The notes: generated from the sequence alone by a model not told the origin. A stretch of 64,000 nucleotides of DNA from Saccostrea cucullata (GCF_032062105.1 NW_026931726.1:310001-374000), one strand, 5' to 3'; positions 39,601 through 61,614 are shown, counted from the first letter of the stretch. Numbers and translations: made by a program.

Positions 39601-40912
39601 AATGCTCTTTTCCTGCATGGTGATTATTTCAATAAAATCACGCAAAAGAAACAGCATATCATGGGTGATATAAACTTTATCAACTAATATTATTATAATA
39701 TAAGATTATTTTCGTAGTTTTCATTGGCTGAAAGGACGTCACGTGATATTCCTCCTTTTGCCATATCGACGCGACAGCTCGTCCGCGGAAAATGATATCG
39801 CACGACACGTCGTTTGGTTGCACTGAAGTTACGTAAAACGTGACTTCATAATAAAAGAAGCGTGAAATTAACCATTGTGACGTAATGACAGTCAAGTCCG
39901 TTCAGTTAGGACTGTGTCAGTGCATTCAATTTGAGTGATTATATAATATAACTATTATGGACTTCAGTGAACGGTCAATATGTAGTTATAAGGACTCATG
40001 GCAACTGATATTGACCTCAGACACAGAAAATGATAGCGACCTCGCAGGCTCGGTCGCTATCACTTTCTGTGTCTTCGGTCAATATCAATTGCCATGAGTC
40101 CTTATAACCACATATCGACCTACACTGAAGTCCATAATTGTATAATATTTACATTTCCAATAAATTTCCCCTATGCAGTTCATTTTCTCATGAACTACAT
40201 TAGATATGTACCACGAATAAGCATGAATATCTCCATTGTTACGTCATAATTCGGCACTAGACATAAAAAAATAAAGTGCACACTGTTTTGCTTTAAAAAT
40301 GACAGTTGAATGGCGTAAATTTATAGCAAGTCATCTGAAAAATAATGTAAATATAAGAAATGAATTTAATCTTCGAAGATTCATGAGGTATATGAACTAC
40401 AACGCTTCATGCTGGCATATTTATCATGAAATATGCCGGCGTGAAGCGTCGTAGTTCATAACCTCATGAATCTTCAAAAATTAAATTCATTTCATAAATA
40501 AATCACATTACTCAAATGGAATAATCTCGTATATTTAAAGCAATTCATTTTTTAAAGACAAATAAAAACTGTGTGTTTGATCGCCTGATGCATACCTAAT
40601 TAAATTACTATTGTCTTCCTTACAGCTGTTGACAGTGGTGCATATTACATCAATAACATCGGACAAGGTCTCCAACTCCTTACTCCAGATGTACCACTGG
40701 TTTCCATAGCAACAAAAGAGAGACCACCTTCACCTTTTCCTGTTCCGCTAAAGCCCATTTCACAAAGTGACATTTCTGGGGTAGCCTTTAATTTGTTTAA
40801 TAATATATGGAATACAAATTACATATTGTGGTATCCATACAACGATGGAACAAACTCTTCTAAACCTGGTGATTTTAAAGCAAGATTTCAAATTAACTTT
40901 TATGTACCATAG
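30693..40912 (+). CDS. Secreted DUF5054-family / GH38-like putative glycoside hydrolase (14 exons, 746 aa)
   Basis: Exons 30693-30752, 30985-31063, 31519-31733, 31986-32187, 32638-32787, 33195-33337, 33434-33659, 33949-34086, 34342-34491, 34730-34839, 35062-35260, 35416-35526, 35612-35782, 40626-40912, total 2241 nt, open throughout. N-terminal signal peptide. Motifs MNHLDVGY, ITWHAGP, QRDVPG, DNGGPP, EVGDTWIQGISSDPVK, EHTWG, KTPTRLAES, FNLFNNIWNTNYILWYP. Confidence 0.88.
31089..31132. mobile_element. 44-bp palindromic micro-MITE with 7-bp TSD
   Basis: CAGGGACCTATATA...TATATAGGTCCCTG flanked by ATAGAAA at 31082 and 31133. Confidence 0.75.
32870..32935 (-). mobile_element. tRNA-derived SINE head (degenerate)
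   Basis: Minus strand reads AGCTCAGTTGATAGAGCACCTG (A box) ... GGGTTCAAATCC (B box). No complete cloverleaf. Confidence 0.65.
35798..39495 (+). mobile_element. Triple-nested HINE-like elements in DUF5054 intron 13; the middle element (36428-39353) carries a Cg170-like 168-bp satellite, the inner element spans 37822-39214
   Basis: Middle element: TAGGTCACCTGAGT head and ACTCAGGTGACCTATAAGGCCCGTGGGCCTCTTGTT tail; AGGGGTTCT units at 36783, 36951, 37119, 37248, 37415. Inner element: ATGCCCGTC..GACGGG head and GACGGGCGTAT tail. The outer array resumes after 39353. Confidence 0.75.
39680..40148. mobile_element. Non-autonomous element ending in a ~185-bp palindrome (39954-40138)
   Basis: Arms ATTATGGACTTCAGTG...GACACAGAAA and TTTCTGTGTC...CACTGAAGTCCATAAT around a CTCGCAGGCTCG loop. 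Confidence 0.75.
40357..40493. repeat. ~137-bp near-perfect palindrome
   Basis: GAAATGAATTTAAT..GAAGATTCATGAGG..GGCATATTT / AAATATGCC..CCTCATGAATCTTC..ATTAAATTCATTTC. Confidence 0.85.
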
Positions 40913-41183
40913 AAATTAATGGTCACTTTTATCATTTGTTGAATCATCAGTTATCAATGCTCCTTGAATTTTTTCATGTTGCGTTTCACATTTTCCAAGC
41001 TGCTTGATTTGTATTTTTAGCTGTTTAATCAGGTGTATTTGATCCATTGATATCGTCTTCCTCCTATTGTGGATAATATTCCTCAAGGAATCCTATAACA
41101 CTCAAAATATTTGATTGATTACATTTTGCTTCTTTCTAAACTTTTATATTGTACTGTACAAAAGTTGAAAGAGAATTCATTTG

Positions 41184-41445
41184 CATTGGCAGATTTAGAG
41201 AGGAGGGGGTGTTTTGTGATCATAAATCTTTTTTAAAAAGAACTAATAGGAAAAATTTTACATTATAATATATGTGTCAAATATAGCTGGAATAGCTCAA
41301 AAATGAGTCTTTAAAAACTCTCTAAACCCGGGAGCTTCCCCCTCCCCTGAGCCCCCATCAGGGCTGTGACCTGGACAAGCCGGGTGCCTTAAGGTGGCCT
41401 CGAGACCCCCCCCCCCTTTTTCAATAAATCTTGGATCCACCACTG
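41184..41445. mobile_element. Diverged MITE related to 28918-29188
   Basis: Termini CATTGGCAGAT / GGATCCACCACTG; flanks ATTTG / ACTTG; GC-rich core similar in reverse to 28970-29060. Confidence 0.65.
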
Positions 41446-42472
41446 ACTTGGGTGTATTGTGTAAATGTGATATTATTGCACACACAATCATGTGTGAGAT
41501 AGAGATCTTTGTTCAGAGACAGATATTAAAGCATAAGCAAAAGGTTCTTACTGTGGTTTATTCTTTTCTCTCCAAATTTTTTTTGATTGACATTTTGTTT
41601 AAATTTTACGAACAATCTGTGATAAATAAATTTGAAAATAAATTTATTTTGAAGAAAAAGTGTATTTTTTATTTTTATGCACCGCCATGAATATGGCCTG
41701 GGCATATAGTGTTTGTCATTTCCGTCTTCCATCGTTCTGTCACACTTTGCATTTATCTCAGTTCAATTTCAAAGAAACTATCCAATTGTAATTATTAAAG
41801 TGCCTCCTATTGCTTTACCGATTTATTATAAATATCACTAAAAAAAGTGTGCCCATCATGCAAGTCTGCATCATGGCCAGTGTCTTCACATCTAATGGTT
41901 TGGCTTACAGTAACCAAAACATCACAGCAGAACTTACCAACAGTTTCACCTTTTTTCCAAAAGGTTTGTAATAATGACATAACAGGCTAGATGTTATTTT
42001 AATAACTTTATTAATGTTCTTAATAGCTACATTATAATAAACAAAAAGTTATGAACTTTCATAACATAATCAAATCAGCTTGGCTTTCACTTTCTATTGG
42101 ATCTCTTATTATATAGCACTATTCCATGACAGTAAAAAGATAAACTAAGCACTTGATTCTTTGTAATTACTAGAGGAAACCATAAAAAAATAATAGTAAA
42201 AAATTTATGGAATGCAGCTTAACAAATGTCAAGCGAGAGACAAAAAATTATTTAAAACATCAATATTTGCTACACTGTACTATTATTTAAAAACTAGCTT
42301 AGTAATAATTAATACATGTATGTGGTTTTTCACTATGCTTTAAATGTCTATCATAGATATTGTTAAATACTGTACAGGTATTTATGCTTCAATTTTTTTT
42401 TTAAATATCCAAATATAAATAAGATATATGTGCAACAATAAATTGGTTGAAAGGCATCAATAATATTATATA

Positions 42473-43402
42473 TACGAGGGTTGATCCAAAAGTTCGTGGA
42501 ATTTCTTTCTAAAATTTTATTGTGATTTGATGAAGGCAAACAACATGCATATTTAAAATATACAGCCATAATGCAACAATATTGGAAAATTTCACCACAT
42601 TCCAACCATAAATAAGGTCACACGAGCTTTCTGGAAATGAATAGTTGTAAAACCCGGGGGAGTCGACGTAACGTCAAGTTAGATATGTCACGTCACGTTA
42701 TAGAAGCATCTAAGCCTAATGTCCGATTCGAATACGTAATTCTACTTAATGCTGCCCATTTCTCCATTTTTTTTTTCATAAAAGTCCGGGTATCATCTCG
42801 CACCAACTTATCTTCATTTTCCACTCATATTTCAAAATACTCCCCATCTTTCCATATGATGTCCCATTTTCAGTGTTCAAAAAATCAGCCGACAACGTCC
42901 ATTAACGATTTACTAGGGGGGTAAAACACTTGAGCCTCAAAAAGGCTGCCACACCTTAAATCAACGTCTTTGGAAGTTTTATTAAATTTTTATTGAACAA
43001 CTAGTAATAAACATATTTCCCCCCAGCCTAAATATAAGTTCAGAAAAAGATATATGAAAATGAACAATAAATTACCAATTCATACACCAAATATGGTACA
43101 ATTCTCATGAAATGGAAAGATCAAGCAGTCAATAATGACATGTAGTTTTCGTTTTTATATATATTCTCATTTCAATTATTAAGAATTAAAATTATAATAA
43201 ACGCGTTATGTCTCCCCCGATGTTACAAACAACCGTTTCTATGGCAACTGCCACAGAGTTTCTATCATTAATATTTAAAAAAAATTTTTTATTAAAAATA
43301 TTCAACAAGTGTCTATATTCCCATTTGTAATTTTCAACAAATTTCACTTATAAATAAATCAAATATGAAGAAATTCCACGAACTTTTGGTTCAACCCTCG
43401 TA
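42473..43402 (-). mobile_element. Internally deleted mariner element
   Basis: ~35-bp TIRs TACGAGGGTTGATCCAAAAGTTCGTGGAATT / AATTCCACGAACTTTTGGTTCAACCCTCGTA, TA TSD. The minus strand at ~42826-42870 reads KWDIIWKDGEYFEI*, resembling a mariner transposase C-terminus. Confidence 0.85.
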
Positions 43403-44212
43403 TATACAATGTTACACATGATTGAGAGCAATATGTGCTAAAATGAGAAATATACGAGTACAGCTGGTCTGGTTTTAGCTTTTAAACCTCCATACCTTGA
43501 ACACGATGGTGCCAAGAAACACTTTTATCAGAGAGTTCAAGACATCAAGGTAAAATACCTTTCAATATTTAAAGAAAATTAATGTGATAGGGACTTCAAA
43601 ATAGTTTCTACATATCCATGGTATTCAAGATATTTGTGTTTAATTGTGAGGTACTTAAGTTCAATTGTATAAACAGTTAATGAACATCCTTCAAAATTCA
43701 CTGATTGAGATGATGTACTTTGCAACATTTCATGGATGCAAATGGACAATTTGAGATCTGTCGATAATCTGATACAAATGTTTTTATATAATAGTATCTA
43801 TACCATAGCAGAATATTTCTTATAATCAACAACTGTAACGTTACAATTAGAAGTCTCTACTGAATTTACAGCTCTACTGGCATGTACTCATTCTGTAGTC
43901 TTAGTGCATACCAAGTCTTACTGAAATCAGACCAAAACTGTAGGACTTGCACTTCAAAGACATCAAAGAATCTCAAAATAATTTTTCTAGTACGTGTCAT
44001 GGCAATACCATTCAATAATTTAATTTTACTTGAAATACGTCATTTGATTGGATAAAAGATTTTATCCATTTTGTATAACATAACTTGCCTACGTCACAAT
44101 GAGTTACATCAAAAAACGTATTACTCCGCTTGACGTTACTTTTAAAATTCAATAAATGTGAAGCCTTATTCTGGGGGAAAATTGTCTCATTGTCAGCACT
44201 GAAATTAAATTA

Positions 44213-44368
44213 TAAGGAATGAAGCTTATTTCAACTTATATTATACGATATAACAAAACTTGGGGCAGTTTACGCTTGTTTATAAACTGCTTCGTGGTTT
44301 ATAAAGTGTAAACTGCCCCAAGTTATGTTATATCGTATAATATAAGTTGAAATAAGCTTCATTCCTTA
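44213..44368. repeat. ~156-bp near-perfect palindrome at the end of a non-autonomous element (~44030-44368)
   Basis: TAAGGAATGAAGCTTATTTCAACTTATATTATACGATATAAC... is mirrored at 44327-44368; GCTTCG loop. Confidence 0.88.
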
Positions 44369-46081
44369 ATTAAAACAAAAAAAAAATAAATAATCAAAAT
44401 TATGCATCTCAACAAGGCTTTCAAAAAGGGTCTTATTTAAAGAAAAATTGAGTACAAAGTTGCTTGGTCTAATTGGGATCCCTATTTTCTTGCACAGATG
44501 TGTGTATACATAGACAGACAGATGATAAAACATCTTACTACTGCATATTAAACTCTCAGTCTCTGACCAGTACAGCTATTATCAGCAATGAAAAATGCAT
44601 GCCCATGGAGTTTGGTCACAGATCAGTTCAATCCTTGCAGCAGTGGTGATTTCTGCATGTGAATTTGAAATATCTACTAAGTCTGTCAAGCATAAGAAGT
44701 ATAAAAATAAGAAAAAATTTTCAAATGATCCTGTGTTCTAACATGAACTAAGTGGAAAACACAAAACACCCCAAATCAATTCATTACTCTTATCTAGAAT
44801 TACATCATTTAAAAAACGAAAAATGTCCATATTATTCCATACAAAGTTTTAACATCAGAATAGTCTTTCTTGGAATGATAAACATTTGCAAGTCATGGAT
44901 TTTTTGGAGTAAGAATATTTAACCACTAAAAACACTTACGAAGCTAATTTATGGTAACCATGTACAAAATAAACTACTATGCATATTACATAACTTTAGG
45001 TAAATGGATTACTGATATCACAGTTCATCAAGTTATATACACGTGTTATAACATGAAAATATTCTTCTCATTACTTTAATTATAATATATTCATGATTAT
45101 GCAATAAATCCTATGTTCAAGAGACAATAAAAGGAAAATGGCAAACAGCAGAAGTTAGAAAGCTACGCTCATAAAAATTTTAATCTGACTGGTGTAATAG
45201 AAATTTCTTTGCTAGTAATACCATACATCTTCTCCAAGTATTCTCTTTTTCCTTACTAGATTAAAATGCATTGTTTACCAAACTTGCTGGGAACTTCTAT
45301 TCAACAGTATACTTTATCCTGTTCAGTTTTTTCATACAGTTTTCCCTGAAATCTTGACAGGACTCCATTAAAAAGTTTCCATTAAATATCAGCATTGCAA
45401 GAAATCAGTTCAACATGCACACAGTTAAAGAATTCATTTTTTTTTCACAAGATCATGTAAATATCCTAACACAAAAATTGTAATGTACAATGAATGTGAA
45501 TTGTGAAAGAAGTCTTGAGGTGACCTAATGTAAGATGAGTACACATGTACTGAGAATTTTTGTGGTACTCCACATTTAGTAAGCACAAACCCATTATAAC
45601 ACACAAGAATGTCAACTTCTCTACTCTGATTATGATGAAAACCCTGTGTACCACAAGTTTCACAAATAAATTCTCCTTTTCCAATATTCTTTCATGATGC
45701 TTCTTTTTTAAAAGACATTAGTTGGTTCTGCATTTGGCAAGGCTACTAAAAAGCAGGTAACATTCAGGTGTACTTAATTAAAAGATTGCACTGAAGATTA
45801 ATATTAGACATATTGCAAAACACGTGTACATTTAACTTTATATTTTAAGATATACTCCAGGCAAATCAACAACTATGGAATAATTGGGGGAAAAATATCT
45901 ATACTACTCTTGTGAAAAAATATTAACATTTACAATCTTAATACATATATGTGTATTTGATGTACAAGAAAGTGAAGACAACATTCCAATGGATAATATA
46001 TCACAACATTAAAAGTGTACAGAGAACATATGATGTAACATGTATTATTAAGAATAATAACAAATATTTTAATGCCTATTC

Positions 46082-56330
<10,249 letters not shown>

Positions 56331-56619
56331 CGTGCCTATTTCAATCTCTGTCGTTTACTTTTTTTCATCCATTCCCTCTTTCCTCGTGGCAGACGAGCAT
56401 TGAATGATGCGAGCTATTTGATTGGATAAAAAAGAAATCATTATGCGAAGGGACCGTATAAAAATTTGAAAAAATGCTCTCCATAAGATTACAGGAGTGG
56501 ATCAAAAATTTTCGCCTGTTGTGGGACGTGAAATGTCAAAGACATTGGGAAAAAAGAAAAATGGAAAAAATACTTTTAATACGATAAATAATTAATCTTT
56601 GTTAATCGATGCATAACTG

Positions 56620-57280
56620 TTAGGTGTCGGAGCCGGGGGAGGGGGGGTGGCACTTAGTTTCTTCAGCCCTGGACCTATATACTAACATAGGTCCCTGGTT
56701 TCCTACAATATTTTTAAACCATTTATTATCAAAAATAATATACACATTTATTACTATAAATGTAATGTAAAGATCCATTTTCTGTATAAACAATATCAAA
56801 TTCTCAAAATAAAAAAAGTGCCGTTTTGACTCCTCTCAAGTGCCGTTTTGCACATTTCCTAAGTGCCCACCCCGTTTTCACAAGGTGCCGTTTTTTTTTT
56901 TTTTTTTTTTTTGCAAAGGTAGACATTGGAGCGCAGGTATATCGGATTATCCCATTGGCGTCGGAAGCAAATTAAAAAAAAGGGGGGGGGGCTATGTGTA
57001 AAAGAAAATTTTTTAAACATACAAAAATACCTGACAAGAACGGAAAATATGGCCATTGTTCAAACACGAAAGGACTATATCGTGTGTGTGTGTGGGGGGG
57101 GGGTTTACTACCAATTTTTTTCTCAAAACACCACCACTTTGCCCATTTTTAACCTATGCTGCGTTGTGTCTGGAGAAAGGGGGGCTAAACCTACGCCGAA
57201 ATGTACAATGCCTATACAGTATACTAAGTCTATCTTTGCAACAAAAAAAAAAAGGGCCCCCCCCGGTTCCGACGCCTTTG
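56620..57280. mobile_element. MITE upstream of SCaMC
   Basis: Inverted ends AGGTGTCGGAGCCGGGGG / CCCCCGGTTCCGACGCCT. Confidence 0.6.
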
Positions 57281-57355
57281 TAGCCCCCCCCCCCTTACAC
57301 CCACACACAGTTTCAACAGGCACGTTAAAACAGTATATGTGAATCATACTAACTA

Positions 57356-57440
57356 CAATCGTCGCCAGCCACAGCCAGGTTTATTGTCCATTCTTTTTCC
57401 ACAAACAGAATGGACACAAAACCCGTGGCTTGCGACGATG
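57356..57440. mobile_element. 85-bp palindromic MITE, 8-bp TSD
   Basis: CAATCGTCGCCAGCCAC / GTGGCTTGCGACGATG; TSD ACTAACTA at 57348 and 57441. Confidence 0.8.
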
Positions 57441-58357
57441 ACTAACTACAGGCGCTTGACGTTTTTAACATTTCTTTTTATAAATTAAAAAAAAACTATT
57501 ATAATTATTACAATATGTGGATTTTTTTTATTTATGAAAAGAAATGTTAAATACGCCAAGCGCCTTAATGGGACCTAAACTTCTATGTGTTTTTTTTTTT
57601 TCTAAGTGTGTCAGCATGATATGATATGAATACCCTCATCATTTGCTCATATTCAAAAAAAAATCAAAAATCGTAGCCTAAGTATGACGTCGACCTCATG
57701 TTTTGAGATCAGAAGTCAAATGTCAAGATCATAAATTCTGTCTGTTTCCCGCAATATCTCGGAAAAGCATTTGTCAAACAAATTTTATACATCTCTCAAT
57801 TGGCCAAGGAAGACCCCTGTTGATTTTGAGGTCAAAAGTTCAAAGGTCACAAATTATTAATTTCCGAGCGATATCTCAAGAAGTTTTTGAGCTTTGCGAT
57901 AAGTTTTTTTATATACCAAATCCCCCTGGCACCACCCCCTTTTAAAGCATCCCATCATCTGCGGCCACTGCAGACGCCGATTTAAGGGACGTTTCGCCTC
58001 TATTGGACGGTTCGCGCCGATACCATTCGCCCCTAAAGACATTTCGCGCTCAAACGTTTCGCGCCGATTTTAATCTACTATTTCCTAAAAGTAAAACAAT
58101 AATTATATTTCGTTGTTTTATGATAAATGTTTATATATATTATGATTTATTCGAACTAAATTTCTAAATAATAAAAAAAACAAACAACTATGATCAATGC
58201 TAATTTATTAATTGTTGCCAATGGGCGATCGTATGTCTTAATCAGTTTTAATTAATTGTATAAAATAATTATCCACGTGCGAAAGCAATACCCAAAATTT
58301 AGTTTTATCAGTCCGTGCTCAGTGGTGTGCGCAAAGCTTAACAATTGAATACACCCG

Positions 58358-58447
58358 TATTCTCTTCAGAGAAGTGGATAGGCTTTTGCCTACATTCGAT
58401 TAGGCTGTCCACTTAATTCTGGCCTGTCCACTTCTCTAAAGAGAATA
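58358..58447. mobile_element. 90-bp palindromic MITE, ~10-bp TSD (Mutator-like)
   Basis: TATTCTCTTCAGAGAAGTGGA / TCCACTTCTCTAAAGAGAATA; flanks AATACACCCG / AACACACCCG. Confidence 0.8.
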
Positions 58448-58868
58448 AACACACCCGGTAAATTGGTTTCGCATATTTCTACTCTAAATTTTTTGGATTA
58501 TATTTTGAAATTCTTCATTAATACACAACAAAATTGCCTGTTTAAGAATAAAGTTAAAATTTGTGAGTGTAAAGAATGTGTCAATCAAACGCGTCTAGAA
58601 ATTGGAAGTTTCAATATTTTTTTATAACTTCCAGAAAATTTTTATCATATTTTCGTATGAAATGCTATGGCAACAAAAGTCATGAAATTATTAATAAGAT
58701 TTGAGAAAACATTAACATCAAATCTGTGTCCAATCTGTTTCTAAGCACCTTATTTAAAGCGTGGAACACTGATTCTCTGAATTGGCTTGTTTAAACATAT
58801 TTTGAGATTTACCCTTTTTTACGGGCGATCACTCTAATATTTTGCATGAAGGAAATGATGGACTAAAC

Positions 58869-58974
58869 TGGGCGTGGTGACTCGTGGGTGACGGCTTTTT
58901 GCATTTTAGGAGCACAATAGTCTGGTCTGTGACAACACAACAAATATATCCTTGGCTTTGTCACTCAGGTATGT
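58869..58974 (+). promoter_or_regulatory. Candidate promoter and non-coding first exon of the ADF-H gene
   Basis: GC-box-like GGGCGTGG at ~58870 followed by strong donor CAG|GTATGT at 58968/58969, upstream of the 61600 acceptor. Confidence 0.4.
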
Positions 58975-59199
58975 GATGCATGTATACAGTCATATGGACA
59001 TGACATTTTTTAAATACCTTGCATGTTTTGGAACCGCAGGAATGTGAGCCGGGTGTTTAAAGAATTACACATGTAGTTGCACTTTGATACAGCTGGACGT
59101 AATCAGCGTTATAATTAGACTAAAACAGAGGAATACGATATAATAGTTTACTTCAATTGTAAGTATTGCATATATTTTCTGTATAAATTAAGGTTCATA

Positions 59200-59333
59200 C
59201 ACAGGTATACTTGGGTCTTGGTTTATAAATATGTATGTACCTTATTCATGTTATTGTTATTTGTAAAAAAAAAAAAAAAAAAAGTATCAATAAGGTACAA
59301 ACATATTTATAAACCAAGACCCAAGTACCTGTG
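59200..59333. mobile_element. 134-bp MITE, 8-bp TSD
   Basis: CACAGGTATACTTGGGTCTTGGTTTATAAATATG is mirrored at the right end; TSD GGTTCATA at 59192 and 59334. Confidence 0.88.
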
Positions 59334-59465
59334 GGTTCATATTACGTACGTTTATAAATTCAAAAACTAATTCTGAAATACAACATAAGACCATTTGTAT
59401 TAGGGCGATATAACTTTTTTATATCGATACGTATCGTGGTACCGGTATTTGAGCCACGATTCGAT

Positions 59466-59555
59466 TAATCTCATCGAGATGGATAGAGACTAAAATTTTG
59501 GTCTGACGTCTACTACCAAAATTTTAGTCTCGATCCACCCATCTCGAAGAGATTA
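59466..59555. mobile_element. 90-bp palindromic MITE, 9-bp TSD (Mutator-like)
   Basis: TAATCTC..GAGACTAAAATTTTGGT / ACCAAAATTTTAGTCTC..GAGATTA; TSD CGATTCGAT at 59457 and 59556. Confidence 0.85.
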
Positions 59556-60314
59556 CGATTCGATATAGAGTATCACGATATATGTTTATTTAAATTAATA
59601 TGGTTATTTGGGAGAGGGGGGCATTGAAATTAACAAAACTTTTCTTGATTTATGTTAATAATGTTGTAAAACAAAATTATTTTACTCAAGGTGTTACATG
59701 TAATTATTAATTTACTGTATTTAGTGTCCTATACATAGGTTCCCACATCATTGCAAACCACGACCTAAATATTATGATCCTCTCCCATTCTGGTGATCAA
59801 TATTGATCAGGTTGAATGAGGAGAGAATATTTCTTACTTCAAGATTTTTAATCATGTTTGAAATTATAAGACATAAGTTATGAACAGTTTTTTTTTAATA
59901 TAGTTTTTATAGATTACACACAAAATTTTAAAAAATATTATTAAATATGATTCAGAATACTGTGCATCTCCTGGAAATCTATTGTGTGAATATTTTTTTA
60001 ACATTGCATTCAAGATCCCTCTGAGTGTGTACTTAATACTAGAACAGTTTAATACGACACTTCCTGAGTTCATAATAGATTTGTCAGTAAATTTATACAT
60101 ACACCTATTTTTAGAACAAGATAGGCATTTTGTAAAACTTGAGATCAGGAAATCAAACTTACCCCTTTGTTAAATTGACTGTTGCTGATTGTTTGGATGT
60201 TTTAAAACTAATTAATGTAAGTACTTTAATTATACATGTATAATGGTTATAACACTAATTCTGGTAGTGTATGTAAGATCAAATTATTTATTATGTATTA
60301 TCATGCATCCTTAT

Positions 60315-60845
60315 ATATGGCACGCCAAATTCACAAAAATGAGCTAAACCTAGTTTCACAATTGATAAACTAGGTTTATCGACTGTAAACTATAGTTTAC
60401 AAACCGTAAACTATAGTTAACGATTCGTTAAGTACAGTTTTCATCTGTAAAACTATATTTAATGGTTGTTAACTATAGTTTACAAATGCTGTAATAAAAC
60501 GTTAACAATAGATTTTGTTGATAAACATAGATTCACGTCTTTAAACTATAATTTACGATCGCTAACTATGGTTAAGAGTTGTAAACCATAGTTTACAAAT
60601 CATGAAACTGTATTTATCAGATAATCTATGTTTTGTGATTGCAAATGATTGTTTTTGGTGTTAAGTATAATTTATGGTTGTGAAACATAGATTATCACGT
60701 TAACTATGGTTTACAAATGTAAAATATAGATAAACGTTGTTAACTATAGTTAACAGTCCATAAACTATAGTTTACAACCGATAAACCTAGTTTATCGACT
60801 GTGAAACTATGATTAGCTCAATTTTGTGAATTTGGCGAGCCATAC
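60315..60845. mobile_element. Foldback element with ~60-bp TIRs and an internal ~21-bp TAAACTATAGTTTAC array
   Basis: TATGGCACGCCAAATTCACAAAA / TTTTGTGAATTTGGCGAGCCATA; flanked by TTAT on both sides. Confidence 0.85.
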
Positions 60846-60924
60846 TTATAGGCTACAAATGTATGGAGTACATGTACTATTAAATTTGTTGCATAACCTT
60901 TTTAATGGAGTCATTTATTATTAT

Positions 60925-61400
60925 ATAAATATTGCATGTAGTTGAAAGTAACATTAAACATTTTCACCCCAAGAAAACCATTGTCAACCGAGGCGCAGCC
61001 GAGGTTGACAATGGTTTCCGAGGGGTGAAAATTTTCAATGTTATAGTTTAAGAAGTATTTTATTCATAATATACAAAGAGTACAATATGAATATGGATTG
61101 AACAGCAGGCCAAGGGCCTATATTAGTTCTCTCCATTTAAGATTTTCAATGTTACACTCAACTACATGCTATATATTTATTATATTATACTGAATGTTTT
61201 ATACAAATACATAAAACAGTGAACCGTGCATGCATAAATTCTGCGCAGTCACTATTTTTTGGAATACCACCCGTCGTTATGCAATGTTGACTGTTGCTAC
61301 GCTAGAGGGCGTGGCTTCATTATTAGTGTAGTAGTGTTTTTTAACAAATGTTTCTCGACCAATCAGATTCAACTAATTGACATGAAAGTATAATATTATA
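60925..61400. mobile_element. Hairpin-type non-autonomous element interrupted by a short retroelement tail (61044-61141)
   Basis: ACCATTGTCAACC-GAGGCGCAGCCGA-GGTTGACAATGGT hairpin. The insert is flanked by 13-bp ATTTTCAATGTTA at 61031 and 61142. Confidence 0.75.
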
Positions 61401-61614
61401 ATATACTGGACAGATTGTAATATTGTTGCCAAAAACAAGTTTATGTATCATGTAATTGTATGCGCCTAATTACTAAAAGCAATATGTATCTTTAACATTC
61501 ATAAATTAATTGTTTGATATTCATAACAGTGTTAATTTTAAAAGTGTTAAGTTTAAAATTAGTTTTCAATCTTTTCATGATTTATTTTTTATCATTTCAG
61601 TTCTTTAATTCATT

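Noticed and set aside
57985-58066. Cluster of E2F-like TTTCGCGC sites
   Set aside because: Part of a ~17-bp degenerate repeat series more typical of a transposon terminus; a regulatory role cannot be supported.
60340-60820. Regularly spaced short repeats resembling a CRISPR array
   Set aside because: Eukaryotic context, ~21-bp degenerate units without real spacers, enclosed by TIRs, and no cas genes.
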